The translations under genes and the position numbers were made by a program. This document shows, piece after piece, positions 39,472 through 51,900 of a stretch of 64,000 nt of DNA. The stretch comes from a bacterium (GTDB lineage Bacteria; Patescibacteriota; CPR2; UBA1875; CAIMLA01), in NCBI GenBank assembly GCA_037129835.1, contig JBAXUE010000003.1, positions 87,275 to 151,274 of the forward strand, written 5' to 3'. Positions within the stretch are counted from its first letter, which is position 1; each line of letters begins with the position of its first letter. The notes under the pieces are model-generated. The model saw only the letters and a list, made by a program, of their open reading frames with translations. It had not been told where the DNA came from and did no database searches.

Positions 39472-40761
39472 TTATTCTAAGTGCGATATAATGTGTTTCG
39501 ATTTGGCCTCTACGGGGGCCTTTTCGATAAATTTTACTTTTAGCGGTAAGAATAGGCCTTCGTCTACTAGGTCCTCGAGGGTTTTTGTTGCAGTGAGGTA
39601 AAGTTGTTTCTGGACCAATTTGGCAATATCTGTTTCTTTGCCCTTAACATTGTTAATATCCTCAGAAGCTAAGTGAAGTTCTAGTTCGTTGATCATCATG
39701 TCACCTTGATTTCTTTCAAAAACGTGTAGTTGAAACCATGGAACTCCGGGCGTATCGAACTCTGGAATAGCGTCTGCGATTACTTGCGTGTGAAGTGTAA
39801 CCCCAGAAAATCTTAAAACGTCGAAATCTCTCTTCCCATTTACCTTTATAGTATATTTTTCACCGCAGTCACATGTGTTACTCGTTATATCCGCATAATC
39901 AGCTGTTTGGTAGCGTATCAATGGGAATGCCGGTAGTTTTAATGAGGTAAGTATTATCTGGCCGCTTGAAACAGGTGTTATGTCATCTTCATCCAACACC
40001 TCTAGAATATTTCTCTTGTGAGGATGGAAAAAACTTGGAGCTTCGTGTTCAATATATGCACATCTATAGCCAATTAATCCCGCCATTTCGGAGCTACCAT
40101 AAGCGAAACTGACATCTGCGTTTGGAAAAGATTTTCGAAAATAGTCTGCTCTTTGTTTTGAGCAAAATTCTGAACCTAACCGAATAAGCCGAATTTGTTG
40201 TAAGTCAAAATCAACCTTCTTGAGTTCTGCTATAAACAGAGTTAATAGTGTCGGGGTCGACAATATTGCATCTGGCGAAAGTTCCTTTGCTATTTTCGCT
40301 GCTAAACTCAACTTTTGCGGATCTCCTGGGAACATTGGTATTGGTGAGTTTTCAACTTTTCCAATTGCCCTGATTGTTGGGAGCAGAACAAAGCCTCTTT
40401 TGAGTCCGAGGTGTGAGAAAGGAAAATAATAAGAATTTTTTTCCGTGGCCGGGATAAGGTGGTCATCAGTTCGCGGTAAAATAAGTGGCTTATTAGTATT
40501 TGTAGTTCCACTCGAAGCAGAATATTTAGTTATTTTATCTATGTCGACAAAAATGCGCTCATTTAAGGGTACTTGGAGTATTTCGTCCTTGGTCAGGATC
40601 GGTATTCTTAAGAAATCGGCATAACTGTTTATGCTTTTTGAACTAATATTTAGTCCCTTATATTTGTTTATATAAAAATCTGAATACTGGCTTTCTAAAA
40701 CATAGTCAAGCAAACTTTTCACTTGTGCTAGAAATTTTTCTTTAAATTCATTTTCTGTCAT
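39472..40761 (-). CDS. adenylate-forming enzyme of the phenylacetate-CoA ligase (PaaK)/F390-synthetase family
   Basis: SSGTTNTNKPLIL matches the SSGTTGKP AMP-binding motif of the PaaK family; also AYGSSEMAGLIGY and a C-terminal lid domain. Confidence 0.55.
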   Translation of the reverse strand: MTENEFKEKFLAQVKSLLDYVLESQYSDFYINKYKGLNISSKSINSYADFLRIPILTKDEILQVPLNERIFVDIDKITKYSASSGTTNTNKPLILPRTDDHLIPATEKNSYYFPFSHLGLKRGFVLLPTIRAIGKVENSPIPMFPGDPQKLSLAAKIAKELSPDAILSTPTLLTLFIAELKKVDFDLQQIRLIRLGSEFCSKQRADYFRKSFPNADVSFAYGSSEMAGLIGYRCAYIEHEAPSFFHPHKRNILEVLDEDDITPVSSGQIILTSLKLPAFPLIRYQTADYADITSNTCDCGEKYTIKVNGKRDFDVLRFSGVTLHTQVIADAIPEFDTPGVPWFQLHVFERNQGDMMINELELHLASEDINNVKGKETDIAKLVQKQLYLTATKTLEDLVDEGLFLPLKVKFIEKAPVEAKSKHIISHLE

Positions 40762-40897
40762 ACAATTAAGTATAATATATAATGAGCTTGAACGACAGAA
40801 GAAGTCCTAATGTCGGTTAGTTGTTAGAAGACTCAGCGCTTTTCGTATATTTTCGGCTTATCGCTTTATTCAAGTACTAATATAAAGTATTATTGAT

Positions 40898-42577
40898 ATG
40901 AAGATGAAGAAACAAAAGATAAATATAAAGATACCTCGTTTAGGGATATTCTTTGGAATATTGACACTTACAGTCATTTTACTAATTACTTATTCGATAT
41001 TTTTATACTATCCGCTGAAACATGAGAGTATTGATAATATTTCATTAACGGGAGACTCGAATGTTTATAGATTGGAAAAAGGCATATTTCTCCAAGGTCA
41101 AAACGGCACAGCTATTGTGATACAGCCACTTACTTGGTGGCGGCTCGCCAAACTAGCGAATTTCTATTTGGCCGTAAAGTATGAACCGATTTTTATAGAT
41201 AGCAGTTTGTCCGAAAATGACTATCATGACGCGGTACAAAGTATTAGTGAAAATCAGGATAAAATAAAAAATTATTACAAGTTGAAGGAAGATTTTATTC
41301 CAACCGAATTTATGATGAATTTATACACCCTATCGGGAAAATACAAGAAATTCATAGATACACCTAGTGAGAAGCGAGCGGAAGAAATTTTAGATGATTA
41401 TGTAAAAGCAAACCAGGCATACTTGCAGAGCGCACAAAAACTAAAGAGTGTTGTGATAAGGGCCTTTCCAAAATCACAATCGCTCAATTTTATTAATTCT
41501 ATGTCTACAAGCGCTATTATAGAAAATAACATTGATATGATAATAATAAATTCAAGATCATTAGCCAAGGAAATCGACGATTTTAGGGGAGTTTTTTCCG
41601 GTTTACCACAGCTTAGTTACTATCCCAAAATATCACAAATCGCAGATGTGATTAAAGAAGATAATGCCCTGCTCCCGTTAGAAGATTTGGGGATAGCGGG
41701 TGGCATTACAACATCAGGTCCTTATCAGGTCGAGACAGGTTGTTTTGGTGGTGTTAATGAGCCTAAGTTATTTTATGTTAGAAATTTGCCTGATAAAAAT
41801 GGTGATAAGACATTTATCGCACCCAAATATGCAGAAAATAACTATTATTATTTACTCTCCTTAGAAGTTCCTGCGGAGGCTAAGCTTATTAGCCAGGGCT
41901 ACAAATACAAGCTAGCTAGAGAAACAAATACATACAAATGCAACGATTTGACATATCTGATCGATATTTTGTCGCTTGATGAATATAGACAGAATTATTC
42001 AGAAAAAATTCTCGGCGGTATCGATATATCTAGACCAGGATTTTCAAAAAAAGATTTAGAAATTATTAATAAAGCCCAAAAGGCTGAAGAAGTATTTTAT
42101 TCTGATAAAATTAAGCGCAGTGCCTCCTTGAAAAATCTTTCTAACGATTACTTCTTGGTTTATAAAGCTTTAAAGAATACCGACTACCCAGACAAGAGTC
42201 TGATAATAAATCTATTTACTCGTTATAGCTCAGTCCGAGGTGGCACAGTGGGTATTAGCAGAATCTTAAACACTAAGTTGTATCTCGAGCATTTGAATGA
42301 ATCATTATCGCTTGTCAGCGATAAGAAGACAGTCGATGAACGTTATATTAACGTTGCGCGTAGTGCTTATTCTTTGACATATTTTTCATATAGTCCATTT
42401 GTCTGGAAGCAGCCAAAGCCACTGCTATATCAATTAAATGTTAAATCGCCCACGAATCCAAGCCAAACGGATTATTTAACCTTGATCAAAAAAGTAGGTA
42501 GAGAAGAAATTCTTTCTTACCATGCCATTACGGAAGATACAGTTTTTGAGATACAAAAACAGAGCGTTAAAAACTAG
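40898..42577 (+). CDS. hypothetical membrane-anchored protein (559 aa)
   Basis: N-terminal TM helix (LGIFFGILTLTVILLITYSIFLYY) and a large extracytoplasmic region. No recognisable motif. Confidence 0.5.
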   Translation: MKMKKQKINIKIPRLGIFFGILTLTVILLITYSIFLYYPLKHESIDNISLTGDSNVYRLEKGIFLQGQNGTAIVIQPLTWWRLAKLANFYLAVKYEPIFIDSSLSENDYHDAVQSISENQDKIKNYYKLKEDFIPTEFMMNLYTLSGKYKKFIDTPSEKRAEEILDDYVKANQAYLQSAQKLKSVVIRAFPKSQSLNFINSMSTSAIIENNIDMIIINSRSLAKEIDDFRGVFSGLPQLSYYPKISQIADVIKEDNALLPLEDLGIAGGITTSGPYQVETGCFGGVNEPKLFYVRNLPDKNGDKTFIAPKYAENNYYYLLSLEVPAEAKLISQGYKYKLARETNTYKCNDLTYLIDILSLDEYRQNYSEKILGGIDISRPGFSKKDLEIINKAQKAEEVFYSDKIKRSASLKNLSNDYFLVYKALKNTDYPDKSLIINLFTRYSSVRGGTVGISRILNTKLYLEHLNESLSLVSDKKTVDERYINVARSAYSLTYFSYSPFVWKQPKPLLYQLNVKSPTNPSQTDYLTLIKKVGREEILSYHAITEDTVFEIQKQSVKN

Positions 42578-42798
42578 AAAAAATTATTACAGCCGACCCA
42601 TAGGCAGTCATTTTTAGGTGGCGATTTAGCCAGCTCCGCATTCTTTGTTTCTGCTGTTTTAATTTTTAATTCATTCTGTGCTATATAATAATTATTTATT
42701 CCAAAACCAACAAAAAAAAGTACCGTCAAAACTATTAGAAGAATAACGATCTTGTGTAATTTGTTAAATTTGTTTTTCCTGGTACTTGGTTCCCTCAT
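42574..42798 (-). CDS. small membrane protein
   Basis: 74 aa with one TM helix (IVILLIVLTVLFFVGFGI); convergent with the 40898 gene. Confidence 0.35.
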   Translation of the reverse strand: MREPSTRKNKFNKLHKIVILLIVLTVLFFVGFGINNYYIAQNELKIKTAETKNAELAKSPPKNDCLWVGCNNFF

Positions 42799-42917
42799 AA
42801 ATTCATTATTAACAATATTGATTCTTATGTCAAGTAGGACAAAGCTAAAGAATAGTACAAATATTATTGTATTGTTACGATTATAAATATAAAATATATA
42901 TATAATTTGAGAGGGTA

Positions 42918-45900
42918 ATGAAACCTAAAAAGGCTTATTTCAAGTTTCAGAAGAAAGAAGCTATTATTAGACCGTCAAAAATCGGTTCTTTTAGTGTTCA
43001 TGATTACTTTATAAAAACACAACTATTTATTTTAGAAATATTTTCTAAGCTTCATCTGGTTTTGCGCAAGCCGCACGATCAGGCTTATAAAAATATTAAA
43101 ATTTATAAAAATTATAGTGACCACCCCGCTTCTGGACCGATAAATCGCTCGGTAGCAGCCGGTTTCGTAGCTTCATTGGCGATTTTCCTAACTTTGCAAT
43201 ATGTTGTTCCAAATCTCTTTGACACCTTTAAGCCAAATAAGGCAGAAGCTTCATCAACTTCAAAACAATGGACATTAGATACAGATTTTAACAATAACAC
43301 CCCCACAACTGGTGTCGCTACCAACAGAGTTCTTGCCGTTTTGCCGGGTACTTCTTCCGTAACACTCGGTTCAAAAACAGTTACAGGTACAGGTACTGAT
43401 TTTACCACTTCGGTTAATACATATTCACCGAAAGAGGTGGCGATAAATGGTATAAGCTACGCAGTTGCGTCTGTAGAAAGCAATACTTCTCTTACATTAC
43501 GGGATAACTATCCTACAGCCACTGCTTCTGGATTAGCCTTGAGCCACAAAAGTGATACTGCGCTTCTAGGTACAGCCACATTAGTATCTGGCTCAGCTGC
43601 AGTGGTTGGTGTTGGTACAAATTTTAACACCAGTGTCAAAAAATTTGCTTCACCAATATTGATTAGAATATCGGGTACGGCCTATACGGTTTCTACGGTA
43701 ACCGACGACACACATCTTACACTCAGTGCCAATTCTGCAGTTTCTGGAGCTGGGCTACCGATTAGTTACGATAATGCTGTTGTAGGTAACAACGCAGTAT
43801 CACTGCACTCAGGTCCCGTAGCAACGACCTTGACATACGGTCTTGGTGGAAATGTGGGCAAAACAACTGCCGGTACATATTCTCTAGCGGTACCAGCGGG
43901 CATCACTGGTTTTACTGTAGATATCAAGGGCGCTGGCGGCGGCGGTGATACCGGTGGAGGGGCGGCTGGTACTGCTGGCGGGGTGACAAAGCTGTCTTAT
44001 AGTACTTACGATGCGACTGCGAACAGCGGTAGCGGTACCGGAGTGGTTGGCACGGCAAGTATCAGCGGATTTACCGGTCTGACGGCTGTAAGCGGTCAAG
44101 GTAACGCAGGAGGAGCTGGCGGTTATGGCACACCTGTTTACTATGACGGCGGTTGTCAATATGATTCCTGCGATCAACCATATGGCTGCTGGGCTCCTTA
44201 TTGGGACTACGGACCACTAGGTGCTAGCGGTGGCGCTGGTGGTAGGATTACTGGCTCTATTACTACGGCGCAAGTCGCAGGGCAGACACTATCTGTCGTT
44301 GTTGGTGCGGGCGGTGGTGGATATACAGCTGGTTCGATCGGTACAATCGTCGTAACCTATTTCACCACTGGTTATAACAGTACTGGCACGCTTTCAGGCT
44401 TAAAGATTGACTCTGGATCTAATGTAAAATCCAAGTGGAACACAGTATCTTGGGTGGGGACAACTACTGGAGCAGGGACTAATCCTATAAAGTTTCGGAC
44501 CCGGGGCTCGAATATGGCAAGCCCAACCACAGTTACTGGAAGCGCTGATACTGGATGGACGTATTGGAATAATGATGCAACTAACGTAGCTTATTACACA
44601 AGTACGGGAGCAACACTAGTAACCATCCCAACTAGATGGCTAGAAATAGAAGCTACCTTGACCACATCGGATATTACTGTTACTCCATCTTTGACTGATT
44701 TTACGATAAATTATGATACCTTAGATGCTCCTACAAACCTTGCTCAATACAAGGCAGATACTACGACGGCTATCAGTGCTAACTATACTAACGAAACTAG
44801 CTTTGTCGCCAAGGCGAATCTGGGCGTGCCACTCAAAAATTCTACACCTATCACGCCTCAGTTTGAAATCCGAACCACCGATACTGGCTGGACTGGGGCA
44901 GTAGCAGTACCGGCTGGCGTTACAGCCACTCCTACTAGCATAGTCTACACATGTACTGTTGATCCTTGTGCTGCTCTGGGAGTCCAAACGGTTGGAACCA
45001 TCACTGGTCTAACAGCTGGGACTAGCTATTATTACCGAGTTCGCACTACAGATGCCACAGGTCGGGTGTCTGGTTGGAGTGCCAGCTCTTCTTTTGTAAA
45101 TCCAGATCAGGCAGCACCTACTATTATTGCCTTCGTCAATGATGGGACAAGTGCGGACATTATATATTCATCTTCTTTGTCTCAGCTTTCTGCGAACTGG
45201 GGTGCTTCCACAGATGCAATTTCTGGTTTACAAAAATATCAATATGCCATCGGCACTACATCTGGGGGCACGAATACATTGACATGGACGGACAATGGTA
45301 CGGCTACTGCAGTGACAAAAACTGGACTATCACTTGTAGAAGGAACTACATATTATTTCACTGTTAGGGCTGTCGACAATGTTGGTAACACAAGCTTAGT
45401 TACAACTTCAAATGGTCAGCTTGTGGATGTATCGTCTCCAACGGGAACAATATCTATTAAAGATACAGAGAGTCCTTATAGTGATAATTATTCCAATGCG
45501 AAGCTCGTTAAACTTATTTTGACACCAGTAGAAACAGGCTCGGGTATGAAAGATTTCCAACTGTCTAATGACGGTGTTACATGGGGAACGGCAACAAGTA
45601 CTTTGGGAGTAGTGACAAACTCAGGAACTTGGGGGACATGGAGTGATGCCTATAATTCGACCGGATTTAGCGGTTGGTATCTAAGCGGGGCAGACGGGTC
45701 GAAGTCGGTTTATGTAAAGTATCGAGATGTAGCTTTGAATGTTTCTGGAACTCAGGGATCATATTCCCCGACAGCTTCTACGTCATGGACCATTCCTAAT
45801 GGTATTGCATCAATCAATTTTACTTTCGTTGGGGCTGGTGGTGGGGGTTGTTATGGCCCTAGATATAAACATACTGGTACTAGTGGCGGCAATGGTGGAG

Positions 45901-48900
45901 ACTCAGGAATCACAATCGGCGCCAACATCTATAAGGCGCTAGGCGGCACGGGAGCGACAGGAGAATATGATAGTGATTGTGGTATAGGCACTGATGGTGG
46001 GACTTCTTTCCCGGCCGGTTTTGTTCCGACACAAAATGTTACAGGAGGCGCAGGCAACGGTGGTCCAAATCCGGGCGATGATTATTACGCAGGTGGCCCT
46101 GGTGGCGCCGGAGGTTTATTGGCGGGTACAATTGGTGTAAGTGGCGGCAGTGCTACTATTTCTGTTGGAGCCATGGGTTCTCCAAATGGTGGCGCTGGAT
46201 CGGTTTTGATAACTTATTCTCAAAATATATCAGCCACTACCACGCTTGATACTACGGCTCCAACGGCCGCTATCACTTATTCATTATCACGTAACGTGAA
46301 GACCGGTGATGTACAGCGCATTACTGCTACATTTAATGAAGATATACTAGCAGGTACTTTACCAAAAGTGGCTATATCTGGCTCAAATACACTTGCCGCT
46401 ACAGATATGGTTAGGACAGATGCCACTCACTATTATTATGACTACACCGTAGGAGCTGGCAATGGAGCGTCAACGATCGCTTTGAGCGTGGGAACTGATC
46501 TTGCCGGTAATGTGGTAACGTCAGCCCCAACATCTGGTGCAACCTTTACCGTTGACAATGTCCTGCCAACAATTACATCAGCTACTTCAACGACCGCTAA
46601 TGGCTATTACAAGGCCGCAAATATAGTAAATGTTACAGTAAATTTCTCTGAAATCGTGTCTTCAATAGGTAGTGTTACTGTCAACTTAGATTCAGGTGGC
46701 GCTTGTAGTTTTATAATTACGAATTCTAACAGCGGTAGCTGTAATTATACAGTCGGAGCGAGCGATAATAGCTCTGACTTGAATACTAGTTCCATCTCCG
46801 GAAATATCAAAGATTTGGCTTTAAATACCTTAACCAACTTCGCTCCAGCTGCTTCTTTAGCTTCATCGAAAGCAATAGTTATCGATACCACAGCCCCAAC
46901 GGCTGCTATCACTTATTCATTATCACGTAATGTGAAGACTGGTGATGTACAGCGCATTACTGCTACATTCAATGAAGCTATGTTAGTAGGTACTTTGCCA
47001 AAAGTTGCTATATCCGGCTCAAATACACTTGCCGCTACAGATATGGTCAGGACAGATGCCACTCACTATTATTATGACTACACCGTAGGAGCTGGCAATG
47101 GAGCGTCAACGATCGCTTTGAGCGTGGGAACTGATCTTGCCGGTAATGTGGTAACATCAGCCCCAACATCTGGTGCAACCTTTACAATCGATAATATTGT
47201 ACCGACTCTCACAACGGTGACGATAGCTTCGAATAACACCATAAACCATGTGGCCAAGATGGGTAATCAAATCACACTTACAATAGTGGCTAGTGAAAGT
47301 GTTACTACACCTACTGTTATAATTGCGGGGAACTCGGCGACCGTAACGGGTACAGGAACTAACTATTCCGCAGTTTATACTATGGTAAGTGGAGATACAC
47401 AAGGGACGGTGCTATTCTCTATTTCAGCTTTTCAGGATTCAGCACTCAATACAGGATCGGTTGTAAGCACGAATACAGGTGGTAACAACATCACTTACGA
47501 TAGAACAAACCCTGATCAAATAACTATTACCAGTGTTAGTCCCGCTACAAACAATACCGGAGAGCAGACTGTCACTTGGGCAGATTATACAGATTCCGCT
47601 CCAACTTCTGGTTTTGGTAAATATGTATTACAAAGAAAGAAATCAACAGATGTGGACTTCTCAGATATAAGTCCAAGCGTAGAGATAACAAGTCAATCGA
47701 CTCATACATATTTGGACCATATAGCTCAGTCTAGTAATAGCTCTGGCACTTATTACTATCGCGTTATCGCCTATGATAGAGCTGGTAATAGTAGTAATGG
47801 GGCTGCATCTCAGGCGGTTGTTATAGATAATCAGGCACCAGCCGGTACTTTGCACATTCTTGACACAGTTAATGGGACAGATCCAAAGGCGACAAAGAAC
47901 AGCACTGTAAACCTTTCTTTCATTCTTACAGATGATTATTCCGGAGTTTCTAGCTACTCTATAGATAATGGTGATGGAAATTGGTCGGAGTCTACAGATA
48001 TCTCTAGCGATGGCCTTAGCCATAGCGGTACTTATACTGGATGGGCTCTCGTAAACCCTAGCACCGAAGGAACTAAGACGGTACGAATAAAACTTGCCGA
48101 TAAGGCTGGAAATGAAGTAACCAACATCTCTCATACTATTATCCTAGATACTACTTCACCGGACAGCATTAGCTCAGTTGTTGCTTATAGTGACGATACT
48201 CAGGAAACATCAATCTCTGAAACTGGCGATAGCCTAGGATGGTACCCTTATACTGGCCCGAATTTTAAATTTATATCTTCGGATCAAGTATCTGGAATAA
48301 AAGAATTTAAGTATTGTATCTATCGCCCGTCTTCCGAGAGCTGTGATTATACGGCCAATTCAGCGGTATCGGCTAGCCAAATAAACAATTCGAAAAGCTA
48401 TACTGGCAATGTTACATTAGAGCTTACAGACTTTGGTAATAATAATATGCAGGGGGAATTGCTCTTTAAGGTAATCGGCGTAGATTATGTTGGTAAGACT
48501 AGTGCGCCGTCGACATATACTTACAAGTTTGATAATACAGTGCCAACTTATGTTAATAATTTTTCCGCTACCCAGGGCACCTATACTGACAAGATAGTCC
48601 TTACTTGGGACAAATCTTCAAATATTACCCCAGTCGCACCGATTGAAAAATATAAAATAGAGCGGGTTCAGTCGAGCTATTACAATGGAATCAACGACAG
48701 CGATTGGACTCAGTTTATAAATTATCAGAATATCACTTGTCAGACAGCTACACCTTATGTTTGTTTAGATAAAGATGGAGTCCAGGTCGGTAATATTAGT
48801 TTAGACGGGAGTAGTTATAAATTTGAGAATAAACCTGAGGTCGATGGTATATCGTCTACCTCTACCGATGCTTCTCTCTTGTCTTCAACTAAATATATTT

Positions 48901-51900
48901 ATCGTATCAGTGCAAAAGACTATTCAAATGAAGAGTATGGACCGGTGCCCGCGAATGGTAATCAAAATCAGTTCGAGGTTTATGGCTACACCAAAGATAC
49001 CGAGAGTCCAGGGGTTTTGCCAACAGATGTGACTGCAGTAACCTGTGACGGTGCAAGTGTTCTAGCTTGTAATGATGACCTGGCCATGAGGGGCAGAAGA
49101 GTTTATGTTAGCTGGGCACCAGCAGAAGATAATATCTCAGCAATAGATTATTACGATATTTATAGAAGAGAAGGTGGCCCTAATGATCTAAACGGCTGGG
49201 ATAAAGTCGGTACGCTACCAGAAACTACGGATAACGAATTTACAAAGAGGGTATTTTACGACGACACCGTCGTAGATGCGAAATCATATTCTTACCGTAT
49301 TGTTGCGGTTGATAAGGCTAGACCATTGCCAGCGAATGCGACTGAGATAGTCCCAGGCGGTATGATTGATAATATTGAAAACGCTACCCAATCGGCAGTA
49401 TATGTTTATGATATTACACCGCCAGTAGTGCCCACTTCGTTTACTGTTCAACCCAAAGGCATTGATTGCTTTGATGTCGAGTGTACTCCGAAACAGATGG
49501 TCGGTATTAGTTGGCAAGAAACGACGGATAATACTCCAAGCAATAATATTTCGTATGAGCTGTATCGATCATTGTCAGCGACCTCGGGCTTCGGAGAAGT
49601 GGCGGCGGCGGCAACCATCTCGCCAGACAATACAGGCAAGTATTTCTATGAAGACAAGGCCTTGGATGATAGGACTACATATTATTACTACCTCAGGGTT
49701 ATTGACGGTCATGAAAATAGCGCAAATACTACGGTTATGGTAGTTACCACTGGTAATAGTTCAGCACCAACACCACCAAAAGATGTTTTAGTTTCTAATA
49801 GTGATAGTTCACTTACAGATCAAGCACATCAGCTTAGGGTCAGCTTTGTCGGTAGTTATGCAAGAGGGTTTGATTCAGTCACTAAAGAAAACGGAATCGT
49901 AGGTTATGATTCGTACATCTCGCAAACAAATATTATACCTGATATGCTTCAAGACCCAACAGACGGTACTACGAATAACTGTATTGATAACGAAACCGCC
50001 GATGACTGTTGGATAAGAATAAATAATGCTACGGTTGCAAATACCCAGACCCTTACTACACCGATCGGAGACGATTCTCATATTGTTAGAGCGTTTACTG
50101 CCGCAAATCTTACAGAAACAACACAATATTATTTCCGCATTCGTGCAGTGGACAACGGAAAAAATATTGACGGTTCAGATGCACCTCTTAAGTCACTTTT
50201 TACAGCGGTAACGCCTCTAGTTAAAAAAAGTGGTGGCTGGGAGGTTACGCGCGATCTCACTGTACCGCCGCTTCCAACTGGAGGCCTAGAGGTGAAAGTT
50301 ACTAATACTCACCCAAATACCACAGTACTTCGCAACATCGTTACTTGGAAGATTCTTAGTGAAAAACCTTTAAGAAAGAAACTACCATTTGAAATAGCTT
50401 ATAACGCCACGACGAATCCAAAAGGTTGTAAAGCGGTAGCAGTAAACGGAGTAGACTACTGCAACGATTTTTATAGCTTTGAATTATATAGAGAGGTATT
50501 GGACGTAGATAATAATGTAATATACGAAAGTTCTACCCCGATAAAGACAGAAATTAATCCTGAGACAAACTTTTATATCGATGAGATAGGTAACACAGAT
50601 CTTATCGGTGGTACGGGTGATAGCTCATTCCTTATCGATGCCAAAATAAGATATTATGTTAAAGTCGTTGATAGTTCTATCTATAACTTCAACTACCCAG
50701 ATGGCACTAGTATCAATGCACTTCCAAACAAAACCGAGAGGCAAGATTCTGGATCCACTATTATTCCTGCCAAGTCGATACCAAGCATATTGGGTTTAGT
50801 CACGGTTTCTGACATTGGTGTTTCTTCGGCGACTGTTTCGTGGACGACCAATCAATCAACAGATGCCGTAGTTGAATTTCGGAAAAAGTATAAAAATGGT
50901 AACTCAGGGGAGTTAAATGACGGTACTTATCAGGTTATCGGAGAGAATAGTAACCCTGTTATACACGTAGAAACAGAAAATCATGCCGTACAAATGTTCG
51001 GCCTTCAAGCAGAGACTGAATATGATTATCGAGTTGTTTCAAAGAATTATTTGGCGAACACAGTTTATAGAAGTGGTAATGACGTGCCAACCTTAAAGAC
51101 TAAAGGATTCACCATCACCTATTTGCCGAATCGACTATCAACTACAACTGTATCTGCAGAACTACGTTGGTCTACCAATATGCCGTCAAATTCAAATATG
51201 GTTGAGTTTAGAGAAAGCAATGGGACACAAAACGGTGCAGTGGCTGAAACGCCACTAAAAACAGAGGAAGTTACTACTTGGGCAAAAAACTGTGAAGCGA
51301 ATCCAAACTCTCAGCTTTGCTCTCATTCGGTAATTATCTCTCCTTTAAAGAAAAGTACAGAGTATACAATAAATATAGTTTCTGTTTCTCTCGACAATTA
51401 TAATACAAGCTCTGGGCTTCAGAAATTTACGACTGCAAGCTCTGATTCTAAACAGTTTACGGTTAAGCCATCTGCTTCGAATGTCGCTGAAAGAAATATT
51501 ACTGCCACTTCGGCTCAAATAGTTTTCCAGACCGCAGAGAGCACAACTGCTACTCTTTACTATGATGTTGAGAGCGGTGCTCCAACCTATGAGCCAAAAG
51601 ATTATAAGCTTACTGCTACAGACGCATTGAATAGCACTACTCATCAGATCCTCGTCGATGGACTCGAGCCGGGCAAAAAATATTATTATATTGTAAAGGT
51701 TGATAATGGGCTTCTTTCCTACACTTCCCCAGAGTCTTCGTTTACTGCGGTTCTAAAACCAAAAATATCAAATCTTAAAGTAGCCGAAGTAAAGCCATAC
51801 TCATTCCAGGTTACCTGGGAAACAAATATTGATACTGAAACGCTCATCAATTTAGGTGCGGGCTCGGCAAACTATAGCGAGAAAAGAGGCAAGCCCGGAC

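Noticed and set aside
42918-43160. Treating the annotated ATG at 42918 as the true start of the giant protein
   Set aside because: The first ~75 residues are Lys-rich low complexity with no Met before the TM helix. The true start may be a downstream GTG/TTG. I kept the ORF-track coordinates but flagged the uncertainty.
46251-47186. Interpreting the near-identical 300-bp segments as an assembly artefact
   Set aside because: The copies are separated by unique, in-frame sequence and differ at several positions, so they are consistent with genuine duplication. This cannot be excluded without reads, so I listed it as a finding to check.
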